A DNA stretch of 64,000 nucleotides from an uncultured delta proteobacterium (GCA_963782055.1 CAWAIF010000003.1:1440001-1504000), one strand, 5' to 3'; shown: positions 43,114 to 53,650, counted from the stretch's first letter. Notes: a model not told the origin generated them from the sequence alone. A program made the numbers and translations.

Positions 43114-45588
43114 TCACCCGGGGTGGGCGACGAGGACTCGCACCCGCTCGTCGAGTGCGTACCCGTCCTGTGCCCGCTTGAGGACGCCCCGCAGCCCGCT
43201 GGCGCGCAGCGAGGCGAGCGCGACGTGCAGCCGGTTGGTGGCGGTCGCCGCCGGCAGTCGCTCGCCTGGCCAGCCGGCGGAGATGAGGTCCGTCGCTCCC
43301 AGCGCCTCGCCAGGCGCCGTCATGCGCCGCCGGACGAGCTCCATCAGCAGCCGCCGGTGCACCGCCCGCCGGGCGATGTCCACACGCGGGCCGCCGGGGG
43401 GCTGGAACCAGGCGCCGTCCTCGCTCACCACCAGGGCATCGCCGTCGGCGGGTGCCAAGGCGGAGGCGGGCACGCTCGCCACCCGGGCGAGCATGCGGGC
43501 GGCGAAGCGCACGTCGTCCGACTGCTGGGCCAGCCCCGCCGCCGCGCCCACCCGCGCGGCGATCGCCCCGGCGTCCGCCCCCGGCGCCGCCGCGTCCACG
43601 CGTGCGCGGTGCAGCGCCACCGCCGCGACGACGCGCGGCTCCCCCTGCCTCGCCGCCGCCTCCTCCGCCGCGGCGACGCGCGCCGTCGCCGCCTCCCGGT
43701 CCCCGGCGGCCGCGAGCACCGCCGCCAGGCTCGCCCCGAAGACCGCGTTGAACTTCTCGTCACGCAGCGTCGCGGTGATCGCCAGCGCCGCCTCGTAGCG
43801 CTCCTGCGCCGCGGCCAGCTCCCCCTCCTCGTCGTCGAGCCCGGCGAGGTACCCCGAGGTGATCCCCTCGTGGCGCCGGTTGCCCACCTCCCGGTGCGTC
43901 GCCAGTGCGTCCTCGTACGCCGCGCGCGCGGCGGCGAGATCGCCGAGCTCCTGCAGCACGATGCCCAGATCCACCTGCACCATCGCCGCCGTCGCCCGGT
44001 CGCCGAGGGCGCGCTGGGTGGCCACCACCCGCTCCAGCCTGCCGCGCGCGGCGTCCAGATCGCCCTCGCCCAGGTCCAGCGCGGCCAGTCCGCTCAGCAC
44101 CACCGTCGCGCTGCCCACCTCGCCCGTCTCGTCGAAGAGGGCCATCGAGGCCTCCAGCCGCTCCCGCGCCTCGGCGAGCCGTCCCTCCGCCCGCAGCGCG
44201 CTCCCGAGGTAGGCGAGCGCCCGCGCGGACTGCCCGCCGTCGCGCGCTTTACGTGCATGATACAACGATCGCTCGAAGGACGCCATCGCCTCCGGCCGCC
44301 GCGCGCAGAGCTGCAGCGCGCGCCCGCGCACCAGGAAGAAGCGCGCCGCGAGCGCCGGGTCGGCGGCCTCGGCGCGCGGGAGATCGCGCGCGTCGTCGAG
44401 CAGCGCCAGGTACTCGGGGTACGGCCCGGTGACGGCGTACGGGGGATAGAGCGCGATCGCCGCGCGCAGCACGTCGGCGCTCCCCGACTCCGCCGCGCGC
44501 GCGTGGACGGCGAGCAGGTTGCCGCGCTCCAGCGCCAGCCGCTGCGCGTCGGGCACCCCGCCGTACCACGCGTCCCAGCGGGTCCCCACATCCAGGTAGT
44601 GCGCGGCGTGCCGCTCCCGCGCCGCGCGCGCCGCCTCGTCGAGCGCGCCCGCCGCCTTCCCTGCCGCGAGCTGCCGCAGCCCCTCGTACATGCCGAAGCG
44701 CAGTCCGAGCTTGGTCTCGGTGCTGCGCAGGAGCGATTTGCCCAGCAGCGACTGGACGACGTCCACCACCGGCGGCGCGCCGGGCTCCATCACGACGACC
44801 GCCTCCGCCGCCTCGAGGAAGAAGCCCCCGCAGAAGACGGTGCACTGCACCAGCGCCGACTGCTCGGAGGGTTGCAGCATCGACCACGACCACTCGAGGG
44901 CGCCGCGCAGCGACCGCTGCCGGTCGGTGCCGGTGCGCCACGCCGCCGAGACCAGGTCCAGCGCGCCGCCCAGCCGCGACGCCAGCTCCGCCGGGCTCAT
45001 CACCCCGAGGCGCGACGCCGCCAGCTCGATCGCCAGCGGCACGCCCTCCAGCTTGCGGGCGATGTCCTCCAGCGCCTCGCCGCGCCCCGCGTCGAACGAC
45101 CTGCGCGCGCGGCGCGCGCGCTCTGCGAGCAGCGCCACCGCGCTCGCGACGTCCAGCGGGCCCACCTCCACCACGTGCTCCTCCGGCAGGCGCAGCGTCT
45201 CGCGCGACGTCACCAGCAGCCGCGCCTCTGGACACGCCCGCAGCAGTCCGGCGACCACGCGCGCCAGGTCCTCCAGGATGGGCTCGGCGCTGTCGAGCAC
45301 CAGCACCGCGCGGCCCCGCGCGCGCACCGCGCCCGCGAGCATCGCCACCGGATCGCGCCCGCCGCCCAGCGAGACGTCCAGCGCCCCGGCGACCACCATG
45401 CAGGCGTCGGCGACCGACCGCGCCCCGGCCAGATCGCAGAAGGTCGAGCCGCCGCTGTCCGACGCCACCGCGCGGGCGAGCGCCGTCTTGCCGATCCCCG
45501 GCGGCCCGTGCAGCGTCACCAGCCGCGCGCCCTGATCGAAGAGCGCGGCCAGCGCCCGCCTCTCCTCGTCGCGGCCGAAGAGCACCAC
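43114..45588 (-). CDS. STAND/NB-ARC-like ATPase with TPRs and a C-terminal winged helix
   Basis: LFGRDEE, GPPGIGKT, LVLDSAE, LVTSRE, LEGVPLAIELAA, WSWSML; C-terminal AGWPGE..NRLHVALASLR. Confidence 0.9.
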   Translation of the reverse strand: MVLFGRDEERRALAALFDQGARLVTLHGPPGIGKTALARAVASDSGGSTFCDLAGARSVADACMVVAGALDVSLGGGRDPVAMLAGAVRARGRAVLVLDSAEPILEDLARVVAGLLRACPEARLLVTSRETLRLPEEHVVEVGPLDVASAVALLAERARRARRSFDAGRGEALEDIARKLEGVPLAIELAASRLGVMSPAELASRLGGALDLVSAAWRTGTDRQRSLRGALEWSWSMLQPSEQSALVQCTVFCGGFFLEAAEAVVVMEPGAPPVVDVVQSLLGKSLLRSTETKLGLRFGMYEGLRQLAAGKAAGALDEAARAARERHAAHYLDVGTRWDAWYGGVPDAQRLALERGNLLAVHARAAESGSADVLRAAIALYPPYAVTGPYPEYLALLDDARDLPRAEAADPALAARFFLVRGRALQLCARRPEAMASFERSLYHARKARDGGQSARALAYLGSALRAEGRLAEARERLEASMALFDETGEVGSATVVLSGLAALDLGEGDLDAARGRLERVVATQRALGDRATAAMVQVDLGIVLQELGDLAAARAAYEDALATHREVGNRRHEGITSGYLAGLDDEEGELAAAQERYEAALAITATLRDEKFNAVFGASLAAVLAAAGDREAATARVAAAEEAAARQGEPRVVAAVALHRARVDAAAPGADAGAIAARVGAAAGLAQQSDDVRFAARMLARVASVPASALAPADGDALVVSEDGAWFQPPGGPRVDIARRAVHRRLLMELVRRRMTAPGEALGATDLISAGWPGERLPAATATNRLHVALASLRASGLRGVLKRAQDGYALDERVRVLVAHPG

Positions 45589-45721
45589 CCGGCCATTGTA
45601 CCCGCGCGATCACGCCGCGCGGTGGATCGTCGCCGGATCACCCCGCGCGCCCGGATTAAGGCCCCTTTAAGAGGTGTCGCCGCGGCCTCGGCTGCAGGGT
45701 GGAAGGCAAGAGGTGCTCATC

Positions 45722-47209
45722 ATGCGAACGACGGTGTCTGGTTTGTTGCTCATCGGAACTCTGGCCCTGGTCGCGTGCGGCGGCAGCCCCGACGACGCGG
45801 CGAGCACTGCGGACGATCTGGTCACGGTCTGCGCGGCCGGTGGCACGCTGGAGGGCGTCGACGTCTCCGAGTTCCAGGGCGCCATCGACTGGAACGCGGT
45901 GCACGCATCCGGCCGCGCCTTCGGCATCGCGCGGGTCAGCGACGGCACGCAGCACGTCGACCCCACCTTCGCCGCCAACTACGCCGGCATGAAGTCGGTC
46001 GGCATGGTGCGCGGCTCCTACCAGTTCTTCCGCGCGAGCCAGGATCCCATCGCGCAGGCGGACCTCCTGCTGTCGCGGATCGGCACGCTCGGCCCGGGCG
46101 ATCTCGCGCCGATGCTGGACGTGGAGGTGACTGACGGCCAGTCCAACGCGCTCATCGACGCGCGCATCGCCACGTGGGTCGCGCACGTGAAGGCGGCGAC
46201 CGGGCGCGACCCGCTCATCTACACCGGGCCGTACTTCTGGCAGCAGATCGGCTCCCCCGACCAGTCGCAGACGACGCTGGTGGTCGCCGACTGGGGCCCC
46301 CAGTGCCCGCTCGTGCCGCCCACGTGGGCGCGCTGGAAGATGTGGCAGTACGCCGACAACGGGCACGTGCCGGGGATCGGGCCGCTCGTGGACCTGGACA
46401 GCTTCGACGGCGACGGCGCCGCGCTCGCCGCGCTCGCCGCCGGCGGGCAGCAGCCCTCCGACCTGCCCGCGCGCACCGACTACGTTGGCATCGCCTCCAG
46501 CCAGGACGGCGGCGGCTACTGGGTGCTCAAGGGCGACGGCGGCATCTTCAGCTTCGGCGACGCCAAGTTCCACGGCTCGGCCGGCGGCTCCGGCATCGCG
46601 CAGCCGGCGATCGCGCTCACGCCGACCGACGACGGCGGCGGCTACTTCATCGCGGCGACCGACGGCGGCGTCTTCACCTACGGCGACGCCGGCTTCCACG
46701 GCTCGATGGGCGGCAAGTCTCTCTCCGGCCACGTGGTGGGCATCGCCGGCGACGGCAGCGGCGGCTACTGGCTCGCCGGCACCGACGGCGGCGTCTTCTC
46801 CTTCGGCGCGGCGTTTTACGGTTCGATGGGCGGTCAGAAGCTGAACGCGCCGGTCGTCGGGATGGCGGCGACGCCGAGCGGGAAGGGCTACTGGCTGGTG
46901 GCATCGGACGGCGGGCTGTTCGCCTTCGGCGACGCCGGCTTCCACGGGTCGATGGGCGGCAAGAAGCTGAACGCGCCGGTGGTGGGGATGGCGGCGACAC
47001 CGAGCGGGAAGGGCTACTGGCTGGTGGCGTCGGACGGCGGGCTGTTCGCCTTCGGCGACGCGCACTTCTACGGGTCGATGGGCGGCACCAAGCTCGCCGC
47101 GCCGGTCACCGGCATGGCCGCGCGCCCGCAGGGCGACGGCTACTGGCTCGTCGCGCGCGACGGCGGCGTCTTCTCTTTCGGCGCGGCCGACTTCCACGGC
47201 AGGCCGTGA
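45722..47209 (+). CDS. GH25 lysozyme lipoprotein with six GYW..DGG.F.FG repeats
   Basis: LVAC lipobox, GVDVSEFQG, PMLDVE, WQY, VDLD; six repeats of about 42 aa (DNA period 126 bp at 46841 and 46967). Confidence 0.9.
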   Translation: MRTTVSGLLLIGTLALVACGGSPDDAASTADDLVTVCAAGGTLEGVDVSEFQGAIDWNAVHASGRAFGIARVSDGTQHVDPTFAANYAGMKSVGMVRGSYQFFRASQDPIAQADLLLSRIGTLGPGDLAPMLDVEVTDGQSNALIDARIATWVAHVKAATGRDPLIYTGPYFWQQIGSPDQSQTTLVVADWGPQCPLVPPTWARWKMWQYADNGHVPGIGPLVDLDSFDGDGAALAALAAGGQQPSDLPARTDYVGIASSQDGGGYWVLKGDGGIFSFGDAKFHGSAGGSGIAQPAIALTPTDDGGGYFIAATDGGVFTYGDAGFHGSMGGKSLSGHVVGIAGDGSGGYWLAGTDGGVFSFGAAFYGSMGGQKLNAPVVGMAATPSGKGYWLVASDGGLFAFGDAGFHGSMGGKKLNAPVVGMAATPSGKGYWLVASDGGLFAFGDAHFYGSMGGTKLAAPVTGMAARPQGDGYWLVARDGGVFSFGAADFHGRP

Positions 47210-47354
47210 CGCCGCCAGGCTGACCCGTCCACGCCGTGCCCGTGCGCGTCGCGGGCACGGCGTTCCGCCCCGGACGCGCGTCGTCGTCACCGCGCGCCTG
47301 CTCTCGCCGTGCACCCGGTACATCTCTCCAAACGGCCGGGTGACGGAGATTCGG

Positions 47355-47795
47355 ATGACGCATGAGCTCCGGGGGCGCCGCCATTTCTTGAAGCTCGCCG
47401 CGGCGACCGTCGCGACGACGACCGCGAGCTGCCTGTACAACACGACGGGGGGCCCCTCGAGCGTGGACACCGCCGCGGGCAACGTGAGCGCGCTGCCGGT
47501 CGGCTCGCTCCAGGCGGTGGGCAACTCCCTCTGCGTCGGCCGCGACGCCGGCGGCGTCTACGCCATGTCCACCATCTGCACCCACGCCGGCTGCGACATC
47601 TCCGGCCAGGGCACCATCTCCTCGTCGGGCCTGTACTGCGCCTGCCACGGGAGCCGCTTCGACCCGAACGGCAAGGTCACGCGCGGGCCGGCAGGCTCCC
47701 CGCTGCAGCACTACTCGGTGACGGTCGACGCGCAGGGCGAGCTGACGGTCCACCCGGCGACGAAGGTCGACGCGAGCGCGCGCCTCGCCGTGTGA
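47355..47795 (+). CDS. Tat-exported Rieske 2Fe-2S protein
   Basis: RRHFLK Tat motif; CTHAGC and CACHGSRF. Confidence 0.93.
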   Translation: MTHELRGRRHFLKLAAATVATTTASCLYNTTGGPSSVDTAAGNVSALPVGSLQAVGNSLCVGRDAGGVYAMSTICTHAGCDISGQGTISSSGLYCACHGSRFDPNGKVTRGPAGSPLQHYSVTVDAQGELTVHPATKVDASARLAV

Positions 47796-47810
47796 TCACG
47801 AGGCGTGTCC

Positions 47811-49055
47811 TCACACCAGGTGGCTCGCCAGATCGCGCGCCAGCGCGCCGGCGTCCAGGGCGACGCTCGCGTCGAGCATCACGCCGACGCGCACGCGCCC
47901 GGCGTAGCTCATCAGCGTCACCGCCAGCGTGACGCTCCCCGGCGCGGGCGCCCACACCACGATGTCCTTCACCTCGGCGCCGCACACGTGCGCCGGCGCA
48001 GCGGGTCCGCGCACGCTGGAGACGACCGCGCTCGCCTTGCGCGAGAAGAGCGCCACGCCGGCGTGCTCCATCGCGCGGGTGCCCGCGCCCGCCGCCTCTG
48101 CGAGCCGCCCGCCCGCCGCGCCGCCATGGTGCGCGCGCGCGCTCGCGAGCGCGTCCGCCGCCGCGCGCAGGCGGTCGTGGGCGCCGGCGAGGTGCACGGG
48201 GAGCCGGACCCGCGCCGAGCCGAAGTGGTTGCCCTCGCCCGCGCCCGGCGTGCGCACCGGCACGAGCGCGTGGACGCGCAGCCGATCGGCGGCGTCGTCG
48301 TGGCCGAGCGCGCCGCGGAGCGCGCCGGCCACCGCCGCCAGCAGCACCGCGGCGATCGTCGCCTCGCCCGCGTGCGCGCGTGCCTCGAGCGCGTGGAGCA
48401 CTAGGGGCGGGGAGAAGGCGAGCCGCTTGCGCCCGGACGGCGCCACGCGCAGCGCGGTGCGGGGCTCCGGAGCGCCGAGCAGCAGCTTGCGCGCGCCCGC
48501 GACGCCGCCGGCGAGGCGCTCGATGCGCGAGGCGTGGCGCTTCGCCGGCGTGCGCGCGGCGCCCGGCGCGAGCCTCGTCGCCGCGCGCGCCCCCTCGTCG
48601 CTCAGCTCCGCCAGCAGCGCGAGCAGCGCGCCGCCGTCGGCGAGCGCGTGGTGCACGCGCAGCACGATCGCCCCGCCGTCATCGACGCCGTCGACGAGGT
48701 GGAGCTGCCACAGCGGCGCCGCCGGGTCGAGCGGGGTGCTCGCCAGATTGGAGAGCAGCTCGGCGAGCGCGCTCTCGTCGCCGGGCCACGGGCAGCCGAC
48801 GCGCCGCACGAGCTCGCCGGCGTCGAGGTCGGGCCGCTCCGCCCACCGGGGCGTCCGCAGGCCCGCGCGCCCCTCGACCACCACGCTGCGAAAGCGCGCG
48901 TGCGCCGCGGCGAGCCGCCGTGCCACCTCCTCCACCGCGGCGCGCGCGACGCGCCGGTCGAGGAGCAGCGCCGCGACGATCACCATCGGGTTCTGGCGCG
49001 TGCTCATGTGAAGCCGCGCGGCGTCGGCGGCGGCGAGCGGCGTGTTCCTCGGCAT
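47811..49055 (-). CDS. Wax ester synthase / DGAT family acyltransferase
   Basis: PLWQLHLV, HHALADG, SSVRGP, MSYAG. Confidence 0.88.
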   Translation of the reverse strand: MPRNTPLAAADAARLHMSTRQNPMVIVAALLLDRRVARAAVEEVARRLAAAHARFRSVVVEGRAGLRTPRWAERPDLDAGELVRRVGCPWPGDESALAELLSNLASTPLDPAAPLWQLHLVDGVDDGGAIVLRVHHALADGGALLALLAELSDEGARAATRLAPGAARTPAKRHASRIERLAGGVAGARKLLLGAPEPRTALRVAPSGRKRLAFSPPLVLHALEARAHAGEATIAAVLLAAVAGALRGALGHDDAADRLRVHALVPVRTPGAGEGNHFGSARVRLPVHLAGAHDRLRAAADALASARAHHGGAAGGRLAEAAGAGTRAMEHAGVALFSRKASAVVSSVRGPAAPAHVCGAEVKDIVVWAPAPGSVTLAVTLMSYAGRVRVGVMLDASVALDAGALARDLASHLV

Positions 49056-49182
49056 GCCCACGGCGTGCCCATCCGCGCGCCCCGCGTCAAGGGCGACGCA
49101 TCGCGGCATTGAGCGGGACATGGTGGCTGCGTCGCAGGCTCAGGGTGGTACGCTTGGGCTGATTTTCGCAGAGGAGGCCGAA

Positions 49183-50973
49183 ATGCGCATCGCCGCTTGC
49201 TTGACCGTCGTCCCCTTCCTGTTCGCGCTCGGATGCGGCAGCAACCACCCCTCCAACTTCGGAGACGTCGACGGCGGCATCACCGACGGCGCGGTGGACG
49301 ACTCGCCCATCATCATCGGCGGCGGCGACGGCGGCGGTGACGGCGGCGGGTGCTCCGTGACCTGCTCGAGCGACCTGCACTCGGTCATCGACTGCCACGG
49401 CAACGTGGTCAAGACCTGCCCGGACAACCAGGGCTGCGGCGCCGGCGGCCAGTGCGTCGACGCGTGCGAGAGCGCGAAGGACAACAAGAGCACCATCGGC
49501 TGCGACTACTACTCGGTGGACCCCGACATCATCCCGGAGGGGCAGGGGGGTTGCTTCGCGGCGTACATCGCCAACACGTGGAACGGCCCGGTCGACATCA
49601 CCGTGCAGCGCAACGGCACCACCCTCCCGGTCTCGCAGTTCGCCCGCATCCCGAAGGGCAACGGGCAGTCGATCACCTACCAGCCGCTGCCGAACAACCA
49701 GCTCCCCGCCGGCGACGTGGCCATCCTCTTCCTCGCCTACGCGGGCTTCGTCGCGTGCCCGGCGGGCATCACCGCGGGCTACACCGCGGGCCCGGCGGAG
49801 GTGAACGGCACCGGGATGGGCAGCGCGTTCCACATCACCACTTCCCGCCCGGTCGTCGCCTACGACATCTTCCCGTACGGCGGCGGACAGAGCGCGGCCA
49901 CCAGCGCCACGCTCCTGCTCCCGACGACGGCGTGGGGCACCAACTACATCGGCGTCAACGCCTACCGCCAGAGCCAGATCGCGGTGGGCGCGGCCCCGTC
50001 GATGGACATCGTCGCCCAGCAGGACGGCACGCAGGTCACCATCAGCCCCACCGCGGCCATCGTGGGCGGCGGTGGCGTGGCGGCCACCGGCAAGGGCGTG
50101 CCGCACACCTACAACCTCAGCAAGGGACAGATCCTGCAGTTCACCCAGCCGGCGGAGCTCACCGGCAGCCCCATCCAGTCCAACTACCCCATCGGCCTCT
50201 GGGGCGCTGCCTCCTGCCTGAACATCGACGTGACCGACTCCGCCTGCGACTCGGCGCACCAGCAGATCCCGCCGGTCAACGCGCTCGGCCACGAGTACGT
50301 CGCCGTCCGCTACCGCAACCGCATCGACAACGGCCCGGAGGAGACACCCCCGTGGCGCATCGTCGGCGCCGTCGACGGCACCAAGCTCACCTACGAGCCG
50401 GCGATCCCCACCGGCGCGCCCAGCACCCTGCAGTCCGGCCAGGTGGCCGAGTTCAAGAGCGCCGGCCCCTTCGTGGTGAAGAGCCAGGACGACAAGCACC
50501 CCTTCTACATCTCCGCGCACATGACGGGCGGCGGCAACTTCGGCGGCATCGGCGACCCCGAGTTCGTCAACGTCATCCCGCCGCAGGAGTACCTGGACTC
50601 CTACGTCTTCTTCACCGATCCCACCTACTCCGAGACGGACCTGGTCGTCGTGAGGGAGAAGGACAAGAACAACACCTTCCAGGACGTCAACCTGGACTGC
50701 GCGGGCAACCTCACCGGCTGGAAGGCCGCCGACTCCAGCGGCAAGTACCAGTACACGCGCATCGATCTGGTGCGCCACAACTTCGCCAAGCAGGGCAACT
50801 GCGACAACGGCCGCCACTTCATCAAGAGCAACGCGCCCTTCGGCCTGACGGTGTGGGGCTGGGGCAGCCTGGAGACCACCGGCTTCAGCACCGCCTACGT
50901 GAGCTACGCCTACCCCGCAGGCGCCAGCATCCAGCCCATCAATACCGTCGTCGTCCCGCCCGTCCCCAAGTGA
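49183..50973 (+). CDS. IgGFc-binding-protein N-terminal-domain lipoprotein
   Basis: GAGGAGG RBS, ALGC lipobox, SATLLLPTTAWG, HQQIPP, GDPEFV, SYAYPAG. Confidence 0.85.
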   Translation: MRIAACLTVVPFLFALGCGSNHPSNFGDVDGGITDGAVDDSPIIIGGGDGGGDGGGCSVTCSSDLHSVIDCHGNVVKTCPDNQGCGAGGQCVDACESAKDNKSTIGCDYYSVDPDIIPEGQGGCFAAYIANTWNGPVDITVQRNGTTLPVSQFARIPKGNGQSITYQPLPNNQLPAGDVAILFLAYAGFVACPAGITAGYTAGPAEVNGTGMGSAFHITTSRPVVAYDIFPYGGGQSAATSATLLLPTTAWGTNYIGVNAYRQSQIAVGAAPSMDIVAQQDGTQVTISPTAAIVGGGGVAATGKGVPHTYNLSKGQILQFTQPAELTGSPIQSNYPIGLWGAASCLNIDVTDSACDSAHQQIPPVNALGHEYVAVRYRNRIDNGPEETPPWRIVGAVDGTKLTYEPAIPTGAPSTLQSGQVAEFKSAGPFVVKSQDDKHPFYISAHMTGGGNFGGIGDPEFVNVIPPQEYLDSYVFFTDPTYSETDLVVVREKDKNNTFQDVNLDCAGNLTGWKAADSSGKYQYTRIDLVRHNFAKQGNCDNGRHFIKSNAPFGLTVWGWGSLETTGFSTAYVSYAYPAGASIQPINTVVVPPVPK

Positions 50974-51189
50974 GGCGCCGGGCGGCGCGCGTCGCCGTGG
51001 CGCCGCGTGCGGAGGCCGGTGGCAAGGCGTGCGCCAGCCGGGCCGAGGTCCGGCTCGAGGGCTCGAGGCGCTTGCCCGCACCGCGGGGATGCGGGGATGC
51101 CTCGCGATGATGCGGCGCAGGGCAGCCCCCATCCGGCATGGGCTGAGCGGAGCACGGGTCGCCCACTACGTCAGGACGGGGCAGCGCGG

Positions 51190-51330
51190 GACGTTACTCA
51201 CGCTCCTCGGGAAATGCCCCGAAGTGCGCGAAATCAACTCGCCTCACGCCGCCCCACCCGAATTCCAATGAACCCTGACGATGTCAACGAACCGAACCCG
51301 CCGGTACGCCCCAGCTCAATCGCCATGTCG
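51190..51330 (-). pseudogene. Decayed fragment paralogous to the 53651-54463 putative immunity gene
   Basis: 51269-51302 is nearly identical to 53826-53859 (encodes RVRFVDIV) and is one G shorter just upstream; a downstream frame RRVDFAHFGAFP loosely resembles MRLSIGPFSGYP. Ends are approximate. Confidence 0.55.
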
Positions 51331-51349
51331 CCAGAGTCGGGCAACACGG

Positions 51350-51961
51350 CTATCCGAGCACGCAGGCGCCAGCGTCATAGGCACTAACCCAAGACTCACC
51401 GTCGTATACCGGCATTACAACCGCGCACGCCCGAGACACAAACGCCTCGAGGGCCGCCGGCGCGGCTCGTCCAGGGGTCAGCGACGGAGGAGACGACACA
51501 CACACAGTCCCGGCGTCAGCTCTGCTCCGCCCTATCAAGTATGCAAGTGCGGCGTAGTTGTCTCCCAAGCCGCGCGCTCCAAGAAAGACGCTGTCGCCAA
51601 CGATCGTGAGCGTCTGTCCAGTCGCTCGCAACGAATCCAGAAACGTATCGCGCGCGAGAAACGGGTCCCCCGGGCGTGCAAAGGGGTGCTCAAACACTGC
51701 AGCCCACTCGGCCAACCGCAGCTTGTTCAAGAGCCATCGCGCCGTAGACATGGCGACTTCGGTGCGAGACGTGCCCATGCCGACGCTACTCGCAAAATCG
51801 TAACTTGTTGCATTCTGGTCCGTCAGCACAGCAAGTCGGCCGCGCGACACGCACCGAGACTCCGCGGCGAGCGCCGACAGTGGTCCTAGCTGCCTCAGCT
51901 CACCCTGGACGAGGCTACGGGCTCGCTCGTCCAGCTGATGTTCCTTGAGTCCTGCGTCCAT
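51350..51961 (-). CDS. Putative immunity protein for the orphan Ntox37-like toxin
   Basis: Starts 9 bp after the toxin fragment's stop; lower GC; VFEHPFARPGDP and VYDGESW motifs. The function is inferred from position. Confidence 0.6.
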   Translation of the reverse strand: MDAGLKEHQLDERARSLVQGELRQLGPLSALAAESRCVSRGRLAVLTDQNATSYDFASSVGMGTSRTEVAMSTARWLLNKLRLAEWAAVFEHPFARPGDPFLARDTFLDSLRATGQTLTIVGDSVFLGARGLGDNYAALAYLIGRSRADAGTVCVSSPPSLTPGRAAPAALEAFVSRACAVVMPVYDGESWVSAYDAGACVLG

Positions 51962-51970
51962 CCTCGCATT

Positions 51971-52398
51971 CTACTTCGGGACGACTCGTCCATCGCGGAA
52001 GATCCGAAACGGCTTGCCGTTGCTGTCGGTGTAGTCGCAATGTGGGCCGATGGGGGGGGCCATGGCCCAAGTCTGGGTGAAGGCTTTCGTCAGTACTCGG
52101 ATTGTAGAAGCTACCCCGCCGAGTTCCAATGGCCCCTCTGCCGCGCCACTCCCAGTCTGCGCCTGGCGCTACAGTGGGGTCGTCGCCTGGCCATCCGCCG
52201 CTCCACGCGGCCCCCACCGTGTTGACTATTGCTGGAACGCTCCAGAGTGCCACGCCGCCGACCCCAACGTCCGCACCGAGATAGACATCTCGCACGGCTG
52301 CGAGCTTGTGACACGGCCACTCGGCGCGCGCTCGCCCGATCAAGTCTTTCGAGATCTCAATCAGATCCGTGCCCCATTGTTGCCACCGGTAATCAGCG
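51971..52398 (-). pseudogene. Orphan polymorphic-toxin C-terminus, Ntox37-like, frameshifted
   Basis: PGADWEWRG..GSFYNPSTDESLHPDLGHGPP; removing one base of the G8 run (52052-52059) gives IGPHCDYTDSNGKPFRIFRDGRVVPK* (stop at 51971). No start codon of its own. Confidence 0.75.
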
Positions 52399-52402
52399 CT
52401 AG

Positions 52403-53650
52403 CAGGGTGCTGAAAAAGTCTCCCCAAAGGGGATCGACAAGCGGATCGCGGCGTGATCTAAATCGGTCATGCGAGGCGAGAACGCGAAGCAATCGTCGAT
52501 GTTGATGCTGATGTCGCCCGAGTCGCGGGTGCCGCGAGGGCACCCTCTTCGGGAGATCAAGAGGATGGCGGACGACGCGCTGGCGCAGCTCTCGCCGATC
52601 TTCGATGCGATGTACGCGGAGGGCGGGCGGCCGTCGATCCCGCCGGAACGGCTGCTCAAGTCGATGCTGCTGATGGCGCTGTACACGGTGCGGAGCGAGC
52701 GCCAGTTCTGCGAGCAGCTCGACTACAACCTGCTGTTCCGCTGGTTTCTCGACATGGACATGGTCGAGGAGAGCTTCGTGCCGACGGTCTTCACCAAGAA
52801 CCGCGACCGGCTGATCGCCCATGACGTGGCGGGCGAGTTCCTTCGCGCGGTCGTTGCCCAGGCGCGGAGCGCCAAGCTGATGAGCAGCGAGCACTTCACC
52901 GTCGACGGCACGCTCATCGAGTCGTGGGCGTCGCTCAAGAGCTTCAAGAAGAAGGGCGACGACGACAAGACGCCGCCGGACGATCCGGGCAACCCGATGG
53001 TGGACTTTCGCGGCGAGAAGCGCAGCAACAAGACGCACGAGTCGACCACCGACCCGGACGCGAAGCTCGCGCGCAAGGGCAACGGGAAGGAGGCGAAGCT
53101 CGCGTACTCGGCCCACGCGCTGATGGAGAACCGCAGCGGGCTGATCGTCGACCTGCAGATGGACGTCGCGGACGGGCACGCCGAGCGCCGCAACGCGCTG
53201 GAGATGCTGGACAACAACCTGCCTGGCTGCCGTCGGATCACGCTCGGCGCCGACAAGGGCTACGACACGCAAGACTTCATCGCGGAGTGCCGCGAGCGGA
53301 ACGTCACGCCGCACGTCGCACAGAACATCACGGAGCGACGTGGCTCGAACATCGACGAGCGCACGGCGAAGCCGGTGGGGTACGCGATCAGCCAGCGCAT
53401 CCGAAAGCGTGTCGAGGAAGTGTTCGGCTGGATCAAGACGGTCGGCAACTTCCGCAAGACTCGCTACGTCGGCCTCGGACCCAACCAGCTCGCAGCGCAC
53501 TTCCTCGCAGCCGCGTACAACCTGGTGAGGATGGCGAAGCTGGTGGAGGAGGGTTGAGACAGCAACCCGGCCGACCGCGCGACGGTCGCGGCCGAGGCAC
53601 GCGACGGGCCGAACGGCTACCATCCAGAGCGCCGATTTTTCAGCACCCTG
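52403..53650 (+). mobile_element. IS5-family insertion sequence, 1248 bp
   Basis: Perfect 15-bp IRs CAGGGTGCTGAAAAA (52403-52417) and TTTTTCAGCACCCTG (53636-53650); CTAG target duplication at 52399-52402 and 53651-53654. Confidence 0.95.
52469..53557 (+). CDS. IS5-family DDE transposase
   Basis: GRPSIPPERLL, YNLLFRWF, VDGTLIES, STTDPDA, GADKGYD, RKRVEEVFGW, AYNLVR. Confidence 0.96.
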   Translation: MRGENAKQSSMLMLMSPESRVPRGHPLREIKRMADDALAQLSPIFDAMYAEGGRPSIPPERLLKSMLLMALYTVRSERQFCEQLDYNLLFRWFLDMDMVEESFVPTVFTKNRDRLIAHDVAGEFLRAVVAQARSAKLMSSEHFTVDGTLIESWASLKSFKKKGDDDKTPPDDPGNPMVDFRGEKRSNKTHESTTDPDAKLARKGNGKEAKLAYSAHALMENRSGLIVDLQMDVADGHAERRNALEMLDNNLPGCRRITLGADKGYDTQDFIAECRERNVTPHVAQNITERRGSNIDERTAKPVGYAISQRIRKRVEEVFGWIKTVGNFRKTRYVGLGPNQLAAHFLAAAYNLVRMAKLVEEG

